Part shown: piece after piece, positions 13,795 to 26,600 of the stretch
How the letters are laid out: every line of letters begins with the position of its first letter
Position numbering within the stretch: the stretch's first letter is position 1
From: Pecten maximus
Taxonomy: Eukaryota
Reading direction: 5' to 3'
Assembly: GCF_902652985.1 (NCBI RefSeq)
Contig: NC_047016.1
Location: 3,844,001 to 3,908,000, forward strand
Length of the DNA stretch: 64,000 bases
Notes under the pieces: generated by a model
Databases searched by the model: none
Seen by the model: only the letters and a program-made list of their open reading frames with translations
What the model was told of the DNA's origin: nothing
Made by a program: the position numbers and the translations under genes

Positions 13795-14931
13795 GTTGTT
13801 AATAGTTCAATAGATGTCTGTTTTACCGTTACTGTCAGTTGTTAATAGTTCAATAGATGTCTGTTTTACCTTTACTGTCAGTTGTTAATAGTTCAATAGA
13901 ATATCTGTTTTACCTTTACTGTCAGTTGTTAATAGTTCAATAGATGTCTGTTTTACTGTCAGTCGTTAATAGTTCAATACAATGACTGTTTTACCTTTAC
14001 TGTCAGCTGTTAATAGTTCAATACAATGTTTGTTTTACCTTATTGTCAGTTGTTAATAGTTCAATACAATGTCTGTTTTACCTTTACTGTCAGTTGTTAA
14101 TAGTTCTATAGAATGTTTGTTTTACCTTTACTGTCAGTTATTAATAGTTCAATAGATGTCTGTTTTACCTTTACTGTCAGTTGTTAATAGTTCTATAGAA
14201 TGACTGTTTTACCTTTACTGTCAGCTGTTAATAGTTCAATAGATGTCTGTTTTACCTTTACTGTCAGTTGTTAATAGTTCAATAGATGTCTGTTTTACCT
14301 TTATTGTCAGTTGTTAATAGTTCAATACAATGACTGTTTTACCTTTACTGTCAGTTGTTAATAGTTCAATAGAATGACTGTTTTACCTTTACTGTCAGTT
14401 GTTAATAGTTCAATACAATGTCTGTTTTACCTTTACTGTCAGTTGTTAATAGTTCAATAGAATGACTGTTTTACCTTTACTGTCAGTTGTTAATAGTTCA
14501 ATAGAATGACTGTTTTACCTTTACTGTCAGTTGTTAATAGTTCAATAGAATGACTGTTTTACCTTTACTGTCAGTTGTTAATAGTTCAATAGAATGTCTG
14601 TTTTACCTTTACTGTCAGTTGTTAATAGTTCTATAGAATGTCTGTTTTACCTTTACTGTCAGTTGTTAATAGTTCTATAGAATGTCTGTTTTACCTTTAC
14701 TGTCAGTTGTTAATAGTTCAATAGAATGTCTGTTTACCTTTACTGTCAGTTGTTAATAGTTCAATACAATGTCTGTTTTACCTTTACTGTCAGTTATTAA
14801 TAGTTCTATAGAATGTCTGTTTTACCTTTACTGTCAGTTGTTAATAGTTCAATAGAATGTTTGTTTACCTTTACTGTCAGTTATTAATAGTTCAATAGAA
14901 TGTCTGTTTTACCTTTACTGTCAGTTGTTAA
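13795..14931. repeat. 43-44-bp minisatellite, about 26 copies, embedded in a LINE fragment
   Basis: Unit cagttgttaatagttcaatagaatgtctgttttacctttactgt; the flank on minus reads WKYVNSKRQDKIGVSQTKHKGTLTTDSKGKTDIL. Confidence 0.92.
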
Positions 14932-15599
14932 TGTTCCTTTGTGTTTGGTTTGTGAGACTCCGATTTTGTCTTGTCGCTTCGAGTTGACATATTTCCAGTT
15001 GTTATTGTTCTCGTGCCTTCTATGACAGTTTAGTTGATGCAGTTCCATTCTCTCGGTTGTCGTTTCTGAACGTATCGGTAATGTTCCCACTTCTTAGTTT
15101 TTCGTACTTTAGTGTATTATCGTTTTTATCTTTGTTGAAGTTTGTGCCTGTTTCTCAACCTCGTGTGGTATTCTCGTCGGAAATCGGGTCGTACAAGTTC
15201 ATGGTTTCTAAATTCGAATGTATGGAACGTAAAAGAACTTACATTTATATTGCCACACTTACAGCATAACTATTGAACACGGGATCTTTCCAATTAACTG
15301 AAGTTTTCTGTGCACATTTCGATAAATGACTTATTGTGCCAGATGTTACAATTGTCGCAGCATATTCCTTTGCGTGGCCATATGACTGGATCTTATAAAA
15401 AAGGAAGGACGGGATGACGTCTTCCTGCTGGTGACGTTTTGTTGTTTAGCGCGCCGATGTCTAAATGTCCATAATTTGCTGTTTTCAATGTAACACTCCG
15501 AACCTGTAACTTAGACTGTGTCGGTTTTGATGTTGTGTCCAGTGTTGTTACGATGCCCTTGAATGGATGATAATAATCTGGAGAGAAGTCCGTACGCCT

Positions 15600-16130
15600 A
15601 CAGGTCTTGCACTCTCGCCCACATAGTCATTTTTGCATTTGTTACATTGATTAAGTAAACAGCCCCGCAATTTTTCAATGTGTCTGATTCGTTTTGGACC
15701 TGTGCGAGATTTTGTCTTAGTGAGTTGTATGGTTTATGGTAGATGTTAACACCATGTTTTGTAAAAACTTAGTGAAGCACCTCCAATGCTCCCCGAAAGT
15801 ACAGAAGGCCTATGTTAACTTTTTTTCGTTTTTCTTTACGTCCTTGTTGTTTGTCATCCTCATCAATTACACGTTTATTAGCCCGATGTAAAAAGCATCT
15901 TATCCCTTTTACGTTACAGATGGTGATTTGAATCAAAATTCAAATACTGGTCAGTGTGAGTAGGTTATTGTATTGTTAGACTTCGGTAGAATCATCGTCT
16001 TACAGACATAAACAGGGGTCCAAGAATGGAAAAAATACCATTTTCTTCCTGCTCTGGTGTAAAATTGATATGTTGGTCTATAGAATTTAAGTGGTCGGAA
16101 AATCCTTCTACTTCGTGTTAATGTAGTCTG
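15600..16130 (-). mobile_element. Penelope-like element RT C-terminal remnant
   Basis: PFLD...PTHTDQYLNFDSNHHL and KHGVNIYHKP on the minus strand. Confidence 0.7.
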
Positions 16131-16282
16131 GTGAAGGTATCATCTGAACCTCATTGATGGAGGATTCTTGTCAGAATTCAGGGTTATTGCCTATTGTCAT
16201 ATGGTCACCCAAGGTTTAGTTAAGATAACTCACTCAGCTGAAGAAGGCCAAGTGATTTGGTTGAAATATACTTAGATGTATG

Positions 16283-17308
16283 TGTTATGCATAAATCACA
16301 TTATCAGAGGCATATGGCATTCTGATGGTGTGCAATTTGTCCTGGTGTTCAAAGAGTTGCACCTTTAAGCTGTCCGGACATTTTTGACGTTTGAGTTATC
16401 TCCCTTGTTGAGAACCTCCCTTGCTGAGATTCTGCAGTTACGATTGGAAATAACAGACAGCAGTCAGGTAATCTAGAGCATTCATTAATTAATGTTGAAA
16501 TTATCATACACCCGCCCGCCACACCCTATTTATTAAAGTATTATGTATTTTGTCCTTGTATTTCTCTGTTGTTTGCTGCCGGTTTTTTGTTTTGTTTTTT
16601 GTTTGTATATGCAGCATTATCATCGGTCACAGTTCCCTTTATTGGGCAACGGAAACGGATGTCTTATGTGGAAGTCAGTCGCCGAACATAGCATGTTGAA
16701 AGAAATTCTGTGAAATGGAACTTTTGATGAAGACTGGATATTTTTGAGGTCCATGTCCACATGGCGGATGTCGCTACATCTCAGGGAATCAGTACTATTA
16801 TTGATGAAGTTTCCATGACTGATGATTGGAAACAATTATTTGATTGAAGTCTCCTTGATTGATGATAGGAAACTTATTGCATTGAACTTAATGAGATCAG
16901 ATGATGTCTGTACCCAGAATCCTCTTGATTACATTGAACTGTTTTCCTTGATTGATGATAGGAAACATTGCATTGAAATTATTGAGATCAGAGGATGTCT
17001 GTACCCAGGATCCTCTTAATTGTATTGAATTGTTGTCAAACTTGTTGACCCGACATCAGAGATTGTCTGTTCCCAGGATCCTCTTGATGCCTGTATATTG
17101 TATTTTGTGGTACGCCAATTGCTGTGAACATTTGCATTATTGTTTATTAAACTGTGGCCAAGATCATCCAATTATACTTGTTGAATTATTTCTTTTAATA
17201 TTATTAATGTCATTGATATATGATAATGAATTATACATTTGTATATCAAGTGTTTGTTCAGGTCTGAGAAATATACATAGGATTATATTATCAGAACAAG
17301 CGACAACA
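16283..17308 (+). mobile_element. Possible solo LTR
   Basis: TGTT...AACA termini, ATTAAA near 17147, near-TSD tatg/tatt, internal short duplications. Confidence 0.4.
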
Positions 17309-17379
17309 TATTTAGTTGGTTAAAAAACGTATTTATATATATTGTAAAAAAAACAAAACCTAATCATTTTTGCGTTCGT

Positions 17380-17385
17380 TTTAAT
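17380..17385 (-). terminator. Candidate polyadenylation signal (ATTAAA) of gene B
   Basis: About 60 nt downstream of the stop at 17443. Confidence 0.35.
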
Positions 17386-17442
17386 TTCTTTTAAATAGCA
17401 ATACAATACATCCAATACTATCTATTATCAGAGTATACGTTT

Positions 17443-17624
17443 TCATCTCTCGACAATGATAGTAGGGTAGATCGCACACGAGCTCAAGTGCGTGCAGTTA
17501 GTACATATGTGAGGATTGACATGTCCACACTGACAGCCGTTATTGGTACAGCAGGCACAGTCAAAGCTCATCTTGTCATAGCCACACTGACACCCGGACC
17601 CTGCCGCTGTGTAGTGGTTAATCT
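17443..17624 (-). CDS. Gene B last coding exon, Cys-rich tail (GCQC..CACC..GCQC..C..C..C) to stop
   Basis: ttacag acceptor in phase 1; TGA at 17443-17445. Confidence 0.8.
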
Positions 17625-20600
17625 CTGTAACATTATATAGACGGCATTTGAATAAAACATTAGACACGCCTACAAAACCTGTTGATAATCATGCTTTTCA
17701 CTAACTACAAAAAAGTCAACGATACAATTAGGCTATTGAAAGCGAAAGCATATAACACTAAAAAACTAGCAAATATTCAATAACATGTAGAAACTAAAAC
17801 AAAATGCATGTAGATCACCAATAGGAATCTAGGGGGAACACAGACATCGCAGCAGGAAAGGAAACTATACGATTTGAAATCCTAAAACGCAAGCAAGAAT
17901 TTTATAGCTAAAACCAAAATTATAGGTATTAAAATCAGACTTTAAGCATCAGCAGGAATTTCACAGCTAAAACAATACCAAATCAAATTCGATATATTTA
18001 CGACGCAAGCAGAAATTCTTCATCTAAAAATCAAACAATACCAATTCCGGTCTGCAATAGTTAAAAACACAACCAGGGATTTTATAGCTGAAAACAAACT
18101 TACACCATTTTAATTTTAAGAACATAACCTAAGTGGAACTGATTGGTTGATCAACTGCACGGTTAAGTATTTTGTTGTTATGATAGCAAATATCTTTGAT
18201 TAAGTCTAAAACGCCGTCTTTCCAGTTTTCCTGAACACTTTGTCGAAGCATTCTAAGACGAACATAACATGTTGATAACATTTCAGATGATGGGTTGATG
18301 GTAGGTTGGGGGTTGGGGGAGTAGTGTCATAGTGGCGTATAGCATTATTAGTGAATAAGAATAATGAAATTCAATACTATTGATGGAAAAGAATACAAAT
18401 ATTGATACCATTATAATTAGGATATAAGGGAAAAGACGGATTATATGTTTTATACTTGTGTCTAATCCCATTTGTGTTTTGACAAATAAAATACGTTTAA
18501 ATCAGAAAATTAGGATATACATGTAAGTACTGATAGTAAATAAAGATATCTATGTCAGTACTAATGGTGAATAAGGATATATATAACATAGTAACACCAT
18601 TGACGAAGGAAGACAACTTTATGACTCGTGCCTTGACCGGGCCTCGAACTCACGATCTACGGCAAAATATATAAATGCTAAAAGTGTGCAAGGGTAATCT
18701 ATGTCAACACTTACAGTGAATAATGATATATAAATCGTTAATTATAGTGTATAAGTACACCTGTAAATGAAACAAGAGGCCAAGGGCCACGTAGTTCTCT
18801 GTTCATGGTTTTATTATTCTATTTATTGTTGTAAATTTTCTTGAATTTGGCAACTATAATTTGTTTTTCAGAACCAACATCTCAACTGTAAACGATCTTT
18901 TACAGTGCAGCTCTTTCTCAGCTAAAATTTCAAACTTTCCGCTCAGTCGGCAACCATAAATCAACAATCAACCAGTCATCAATCAATCTGTAACCGAATA
19001 ACCGATTAAATGTTATCATCAATCAAAAATCGATAACTGAAGGAAATCAATAATTGATCACAATCAAATGATCTGGTTTGAACAATTGCTAAAAAGGTTA
19101 TTATGAGGTATCATATTGTTATCTTGTGAATTATGTGCACGCTATATTTTTACGTTGAACTTTCCGATGACAAACAAGAGTCCTATAACCTCGTACCATT
19201 TATGATTATTTTTATTTCTATAGTTGTCGTCGTCCGAATGATGTTAATGTTGTCGATATTTGTACGTTATAACCATAGTTATAGTTGACACTTTGAGTAT
19301 CGGCATGTTTACATTTGAGGGAATTAGAATTATTCAAAATACGTTCATATTTATTACTTTTATAGAGAAAGAAATTTTAGTCACAGCCCTTATCAGATAG
19401 CGAGGAACAACAGTCAAAGCGACCCCTATTTGAGCACGCGCACAGCGCACACTCCTAATTGTGGTTGATAAGGGAGAAGGTATACATGTGTACAACGTTT
19501 AACCCAACGGTGCCTTGTAAGGAGGTATAGCTTACATGGTGTTACATACTAAAAATAGACATTAAAAATTAAATTTTCTTAAATTAAAATAATTCCACTT
19601 GATATCGAATATTCTTATTGTTATCAACTCAACAACTTCACAATATCTATAATCTGGCATCACAACACACAGACATGAATGCACAGTTAGGTTAGAAATC
19701 TGTTTACAAGGCAGCAATTTTTTCGACCGTTGGCTATAATTCTCGGGACTATAAAAAGCCCCAGAGAACTAAAAAGTGATTAAGGAAGGGTATCGGTGTA
19801 AATAACAATAATATTGAAGTACACAAGTGTAAATGACAATAATGCTGAAGTACATAAGTGTAAATAACAATAATGTTGAAGTACATAAGTGTAAATAACA
19901 ATAATGATTAAGGATACCTGTGTTAATGATAAGTGATTAAGGGTACATGTGTTAATGATAAGTGATTAAGGGTACCTGTGTTAATGATAAGTGATTAAGG
20001 GTACCTGTGTTAATGATAAGTGATTAAGGGTACCTGTGTTAATGGTAAGTGATTAAGGGTACCTGTGTAAATGGTAAGTGATTAAGGGTACCTGTGTTAA
20101 TGATAAGTGATTAAGGGTACCTGTATAAATGGTAAGTGATTAAGGGTACATGTGTACATGATAAGTGATTAAGGGTACCTGTGTTAATGATAAGTGATTA
20201 AGGGTACCTGTGTTAATGATAAGTGATTAAGGGTACATGTGTAAATGGTAAGTGATTAAGGATACCTGTGTAAATGGTAAGTGATTAAGGGTACCTGTGT
20301 TAATGATAAGTGATTAAGGGTACCTGTGTAAATGGTAAGTGATTAAGGATACCTGTGTAAATGGTAAGTGATTAAGGGTACCTGTGTTAATGATAAGTGA
20401 TTAAGGGTACCTGTGTTAATGATAAATGATTAAGGGTACCTGTGTTAATGATAAGTGATTAAGGGTACCTGTGTTAATGATAAGTGATTAAGGGTACCTG
20501 TGTTAATGGTAAGTGATTAAGGGTACCTGTGTTAATGGTAAGTGATTAAGGGTACCTGTGTTAATGATAAGTGATTAAGGGTACCTGTGTTAATGATAAG

Positions 20601-23600
20601 TGATTAAGGGTACCTGTGTTAATGATAAGTGATTAAGGATACCTGTGTAAATGGTAAGTGATTAAGGGTACCTGTGTAAATGGTAAGTGATTAAGGGTAC
20701 CTGTGTAAATGATAAGTGATTAAGGGTACCTGTGTTAATGATAAGTGATTAAGGGTACCTGTGTTAATGATAAGTGATTAAGGGTACCTGTGTTAATGAT
20801 AAGTGATTAAGGATACCTGTGTTAATGATAAGTGAGTAAGGGTACATGTGTTAATGATAAGTGATTAAGGATACCTGTGTAAATGGTAAGTAATTAAGGG
20901 TACATGTGTACATGATAAGTGATTCATTCGTCATTCACCTGAGGCCGCTGGACTCGTGGTCCAAGTGTAGGGGTCAGCTGTAGGGTCACAGTAGCCACCA
21001 GAGCTCTGTTGTCCGGGGAAGTGACAGACATTGTCAATCAGACATGTGTTGTGCTGGAAACAGAATGTTTGAGATACGTCTCACTGGTATGCCGGATGTC
21101 AGTGTGCACATTTCAGTCCTAAGCCATTTAATGATACCAACAGAATGAAAATCACATCTATTTATTAAAAGCGCCAAATGAAAATATTTTATGATTATCT
21201 TACGAAATAAATTTACCTTTAGTGTGCAGCTTCCAGAAACAGTGCAAGTCTGACATTTACCGTCGTAGACGAAAAAGGTCAGGTCTGAGCTATACAAATT
21301 GCCATCTGTCGATACCGACACCACAAAAGCCTCAGTTGGACTTTCTGTAAAACAAAGCATTCTTCGTTTTGTTACAAGCACATTCAAAATACAAATGACA
21401 CATTTAAAGTTAACGTGAATATGGTAACAGGCAACTTTTCAATTAAAAAGAATAAAACAGAGCATTCGGTTTTATTTATTTATCTATATAAATCAACGAT
21501 AAATTGTTGTAGGAAATCGCCATATTCATGATACTCAATATGGACACACCTTGATAATGTAGGGTCCCCAACTGTGTAACTAAGGGACTTTGGATCTCTC
21601 CTACATGTATATGTTTTCAGTATAATGTTGTTATATAGAATAACTTGATAGAGCTTCGAATGGACCGAATTATATTTAGATGGAGTTATTTACCTTTCAA
21701 TTAGCTGATTTACCTTTTAATAAGCTAATTTAACTTTTAATGGAATTATTTATCTTTTGATACACTGATTTACATTTTAATGGAATTATTTATCTTTTGA
21801 TAGACTGATTTACCCTTTAATTCACTGATTTACCTTTTAATTCACTGATTTACCTTTTAATTCACTGATTTACATTTTAATTCACTGATTTACCTTTTAA
21901 TGGAATGGTTTATCTTTTGATACACTGATTTACATTCTAATTCACTGATTTACCTTCAATACACTGGTTTATATATTAAGGATTGATTTACCTTTTTTAA
22001 GCACCACGCTTTCAGGCAGGCTACACTCGATCTCTAGGAAGCTTGTAAAAGAGGCTGGAGCCTCAATGTATGGTCCATACGGTATGACATTGCCATCACC
22101 AACCTGAAAATATTATCATTTGTAATAAGAAGATCGATGAGGAATCTATATTTAAGTAACATCTCACTCTAGTAAAGGTACAGATACAAGAGCTCACCTC
22201 TGTCTTTCTGTAACGACATTTTAGTCCCGGACCGGCCTTGAGATGCTGAGCAATCACCTGCACTTTCACGCATTTCCGGTCTCTGATGTCACACAGGCCA
22301 TCGCTTTGAAAATTATAGCCTGATATTAGGACAAAAACATATGTTGGTATAATTCTAACCTCCCTTCCTGCACTTCTATCCAGGAGAAGAAGAGTGATGT
22401 ATACAAATGCTTGACACTGGTTAAAAACGATACAGTTTATCTGATCGGGACGTTATAAACTACAAGTGTATAAGACATACTAGCTAAACACTTGTTTGAC
22501 ACATTGTAAATAATACTTGATATAAAGAGAGAAGGAGTCTGTGGTTAGTTTTTCTCTACTTTTAGCACATGTACTACGATTCTCCTTCAACAATCCACGG
22601 AATTTAATGAAAACAATTCACTAGTTACTATCATTTTTAACAGAACAGACGGTTTATGTTATAACTTCAAAGAAAACATTACATGTTCTACGATGATTAT
22701 GATGTATTTATGTGACATCTACATACCCATATTTATGTAGTTTAAGCCACGTAAGACGTTTTACCTTATCCCTTTTAATGTTGTAATAAAACCTACCCGC
22801 GAATATGGCTGACGACTGGAGCGACACCTATTGGAACTGAACAATCATTGCCTGTATATCCGGTTTTACACGCACATGTTCCCTCATGACATGTTCCACG
22901 TCTACTGCATTGATTTGGACACACGTGACTAGTGACGTCAGCGGGTGGGATTCTTTCTCCTCGGGAACCAATGACGTAATTATTTACATCGCGGAGAACA
23001 GTGTCTTGACACTCAAAATCGAAAGAATTCATGTGAACTAAGTTGAAAACGTCACTGTCCGCATACTGAAAAGAACATGAGAGACGTCTATCAACCATGT
23101 AGATAAGTTATTACTTATCATAATTGCATGAAATTTGTCAAATCACGAGAAAGATGTACTTCATTACATAGGAAACTTTTTTGTACGGTTCATTGAATAT
23201 TCAGAGTTTGATTGACAGCTTCACAATTTACCCAAATACAACTTTGTTAAAATGGCAAGGTAGACATCAATACAGTGTAAAATGCTGCAGCATACATGTA
23301 TATCTATGAGGACACATTACCATCATATCATTCACACACGCATCGATGTAATAGCCAATAGTTTCGGTCAACAGAACGGACTGACAGCGAGAATAAAGCG
23401 TGGATGCCCGGATGGAGTCCGTGCAGGACGAGATGGCCATACTCTCCGTTATCCCGCTAGGGGTCGGGAACGACCTTAGTGTTTTTACTGGAGAAAACAA
23501 AATAGTCATCATGTGTGAATGGTGTCAAAACAAGTACATCAACATTAAGATAACGGCATAATTGACTATTATACTACCACTGCAGCCTTAAGTACTCTGG

Positions 23601-26600
23601 ACTGAGATATAATACCACCACTACAGTCTTAAGTACTCTGGACTGAGATATAATACCACCACTACAGTTTAAGTACTATTGACTGAAATATAATACCACC
23701 ACTACAGTCTTAAGTACTATTGACTGAGATATAACACCGCCACTACAGCCTTAAGTACTCTGGACTGAGATATAATACCACCACTACAGCCTTAAGTACT
23801 CTGGACAGAGATATAACACCACCACTACAGCCTTAAGTACTCTGGACTGAGATATAACACCACCACTACAGCCTTAAGTACTCTGGACTGAGATATAACA
23901 CCACCACTACAGCCTTAAGTACTCTGGACAGAGATATAACACCACCACTATAGCCTTAAGTACTCTGGACTGAGATATAACACCACCACTACAGCCTTAA
24001 GTACTCTGGACTGAGATATAACACCACCATTACAGTTTTAAGTACTCTGGACTGAGATATAATACCACCACTACAGTCTTAAGTACTATTGACTGAGATA
24101 TAACACCACCACTACAGTCTTAAGTACTCTGGACTGAGATATAATACCACCACTACAGCCTTAAGTACTCTGGACTGAGATATAATACCACCACTACAGT
24201 CTTAAGTACTCTGGACTGACTGAGATATAACACCACTACAGTCTTAAGTACTGCATATATGTAAGAAATATCGCATTTTGATGAGCACTGACTTTATATT
24301 AACTTCGGTAAAAAAAAAGATTCCATGATTAGCACTCGCTTTGAGGTCATATGTAGGGAAGGTAATGTAAATGGTAGTCAAATTACTTGTCTAGGTAGAT
24401 CTACATTAACCACGTGCTTCAACTTAAACGATTAATCATCAATTTACAACTACTGTTTCGTGCATTGCTGGCTATGATGACGTGATCCTATTCATACATT
24501 CCATGGTCTCTTAACTAGATATAATCTCTAATTATACTGAATTACGATAGGTACCTGATGTTACGTCACGCCGGATCTTAGATTCGACTGGATAATCCAG
24601 GTCACGTGGGTGTGCACCATGTGTTGATATAGAAGTGCATGGCGTGTTTCCGCATTGCTATAGTAATCAGCAACAAGATAGTCAGCGTATACTTTGATTA
24701 CCGCAATACACCAGGTATTAAACAATGAATTTACAGCACTACACCAGGTATAAAACAATGAATTTACAACAACAAAACATTTATAAAACAATGAATTTAC
24801 AGCAATACACCAGGTATAAAACAATGAATTTACATCAATACAATAGGTATAAAATAATGAATTCACAGCAAAACACCAGGTGCACAACAATGAATTTACA
24901 TCATTACAACATATATAAAACAACGAATTAACAGCGAAACACTAGGTATAAAACAAGGAATTCACAGCAAAATACAAGGAATAAAACAATAATTCATTTT
25001 TCCTAAACATGTGTAATGATAAAGTATAAGCTTGAGTTTAATTCATATCTTAATTTCAATTAGTATAAATGGTGCTAATGTTATCCTTGGAAACCAATAA
25101 ACTATACTGTTCTTGGGTTCAACCAATAAACTATCATTATTATTTTACCTGTATTTACATATATTCTTTATTGTTCATATTCTTGATATAAGAATGTTGT
25201 GAACCTGCGACCTGCTTCAAAAGTCAGCTGATCCCTGAATATCTCTGATTGATTTACTTATTCAAAACTAGTATATTCAACTAGAATCTTTTTATTCCAG
25301 AGTATAATTACACAGTTTGTTATATCTAACATATGAAAGCTTTGCTTGGATACAGGGGCATTCAGTCTGAATCTAGCACACTAAGATGGATGGCTACAGA
25401 AGGAGGAGTAAGACATTTTATGCCTGAACATCTATAGTGCTGCTGGATTTAAGGCTGGGTGCCAATCCTGTATCTAAGCAATAGCTATTAACTGAGAACA
25501 AAATCGTTTTATAACTCTGTAACATGATCATAATTTGACAAAGGATATACTAGAACCTTATTATCTCCCTTTTCCACTAATTGTTAGTTCTTTTTATAAT
25601 TACCTCCCTTTGACCATATATAAAAATCAATATATTCATAAAAAAATTTCATCTCCATAGATATTTCATCTCCATTGACTTAATTTATATACATATTTCT
25701 TATACTTTTTCACTTTCAATTGTTTTAGTTTAATTCTACTATTGTTGTGTTTGTATTGGAGAAGACTTATATAGGCCAAGCCTGCTGTCTAACCCATTTG
25801 AATAAATGTTATACAATAAAATATGTTGAAATGAACCAATAAACTAAACTGTTATTGTATTAAACCAATAAACTATACTATTATTGGGTTAAACAAATAA
25901 ACTATACTGTTATTGAGTTAAACCAATACAATATACTGTTATTGAGTTAAACAAAAAAAATATACTGTTATTGGGTTAAACAAGTAAACTATACCGTTAT
26001 TGGGTTAAACAAATACAATATACTGTTATTGGTTTAACCAATAAACTATACTGTTATTGGGTTAGATTACTTATATGTATTACAAATTTGTGTAGATATT
26101 CTATTTTGAGAAGTATGTTTTTATTCCCCTATTTAAAGATATTACATAGTTACAAAAGAGTAATTATGATCAATTGAAAGCAATTTAAGTATTTAAGATA
26201 TTTCCTAATTATGAAAATATCAAATTATGATTACTAACATACTAAACGATAAATATATTGTTGTCATACTAACATACTATACGATATATTGTTGTCATAC
26301 TAACATACTCTATCATATATTGTTGTCAGACTTACATACTATAAGATATATTGTTGTCATACTAACATACTATACGATATATTGTTGTCATACTAACATA
26401 CTATACGATATATTGTTGTCATACTTACATACTATACAATATATTGTTGTCATACTAACATACTATACGATATATTGTTGTCATTCTAACATACTGTATG
26501 ATATATTGTTGTCATACTAACATACTATAACATATATATATTGTTGTCATTCTAACATACTATACGATATATTGTTGTCATACTAACATACTATATATAT

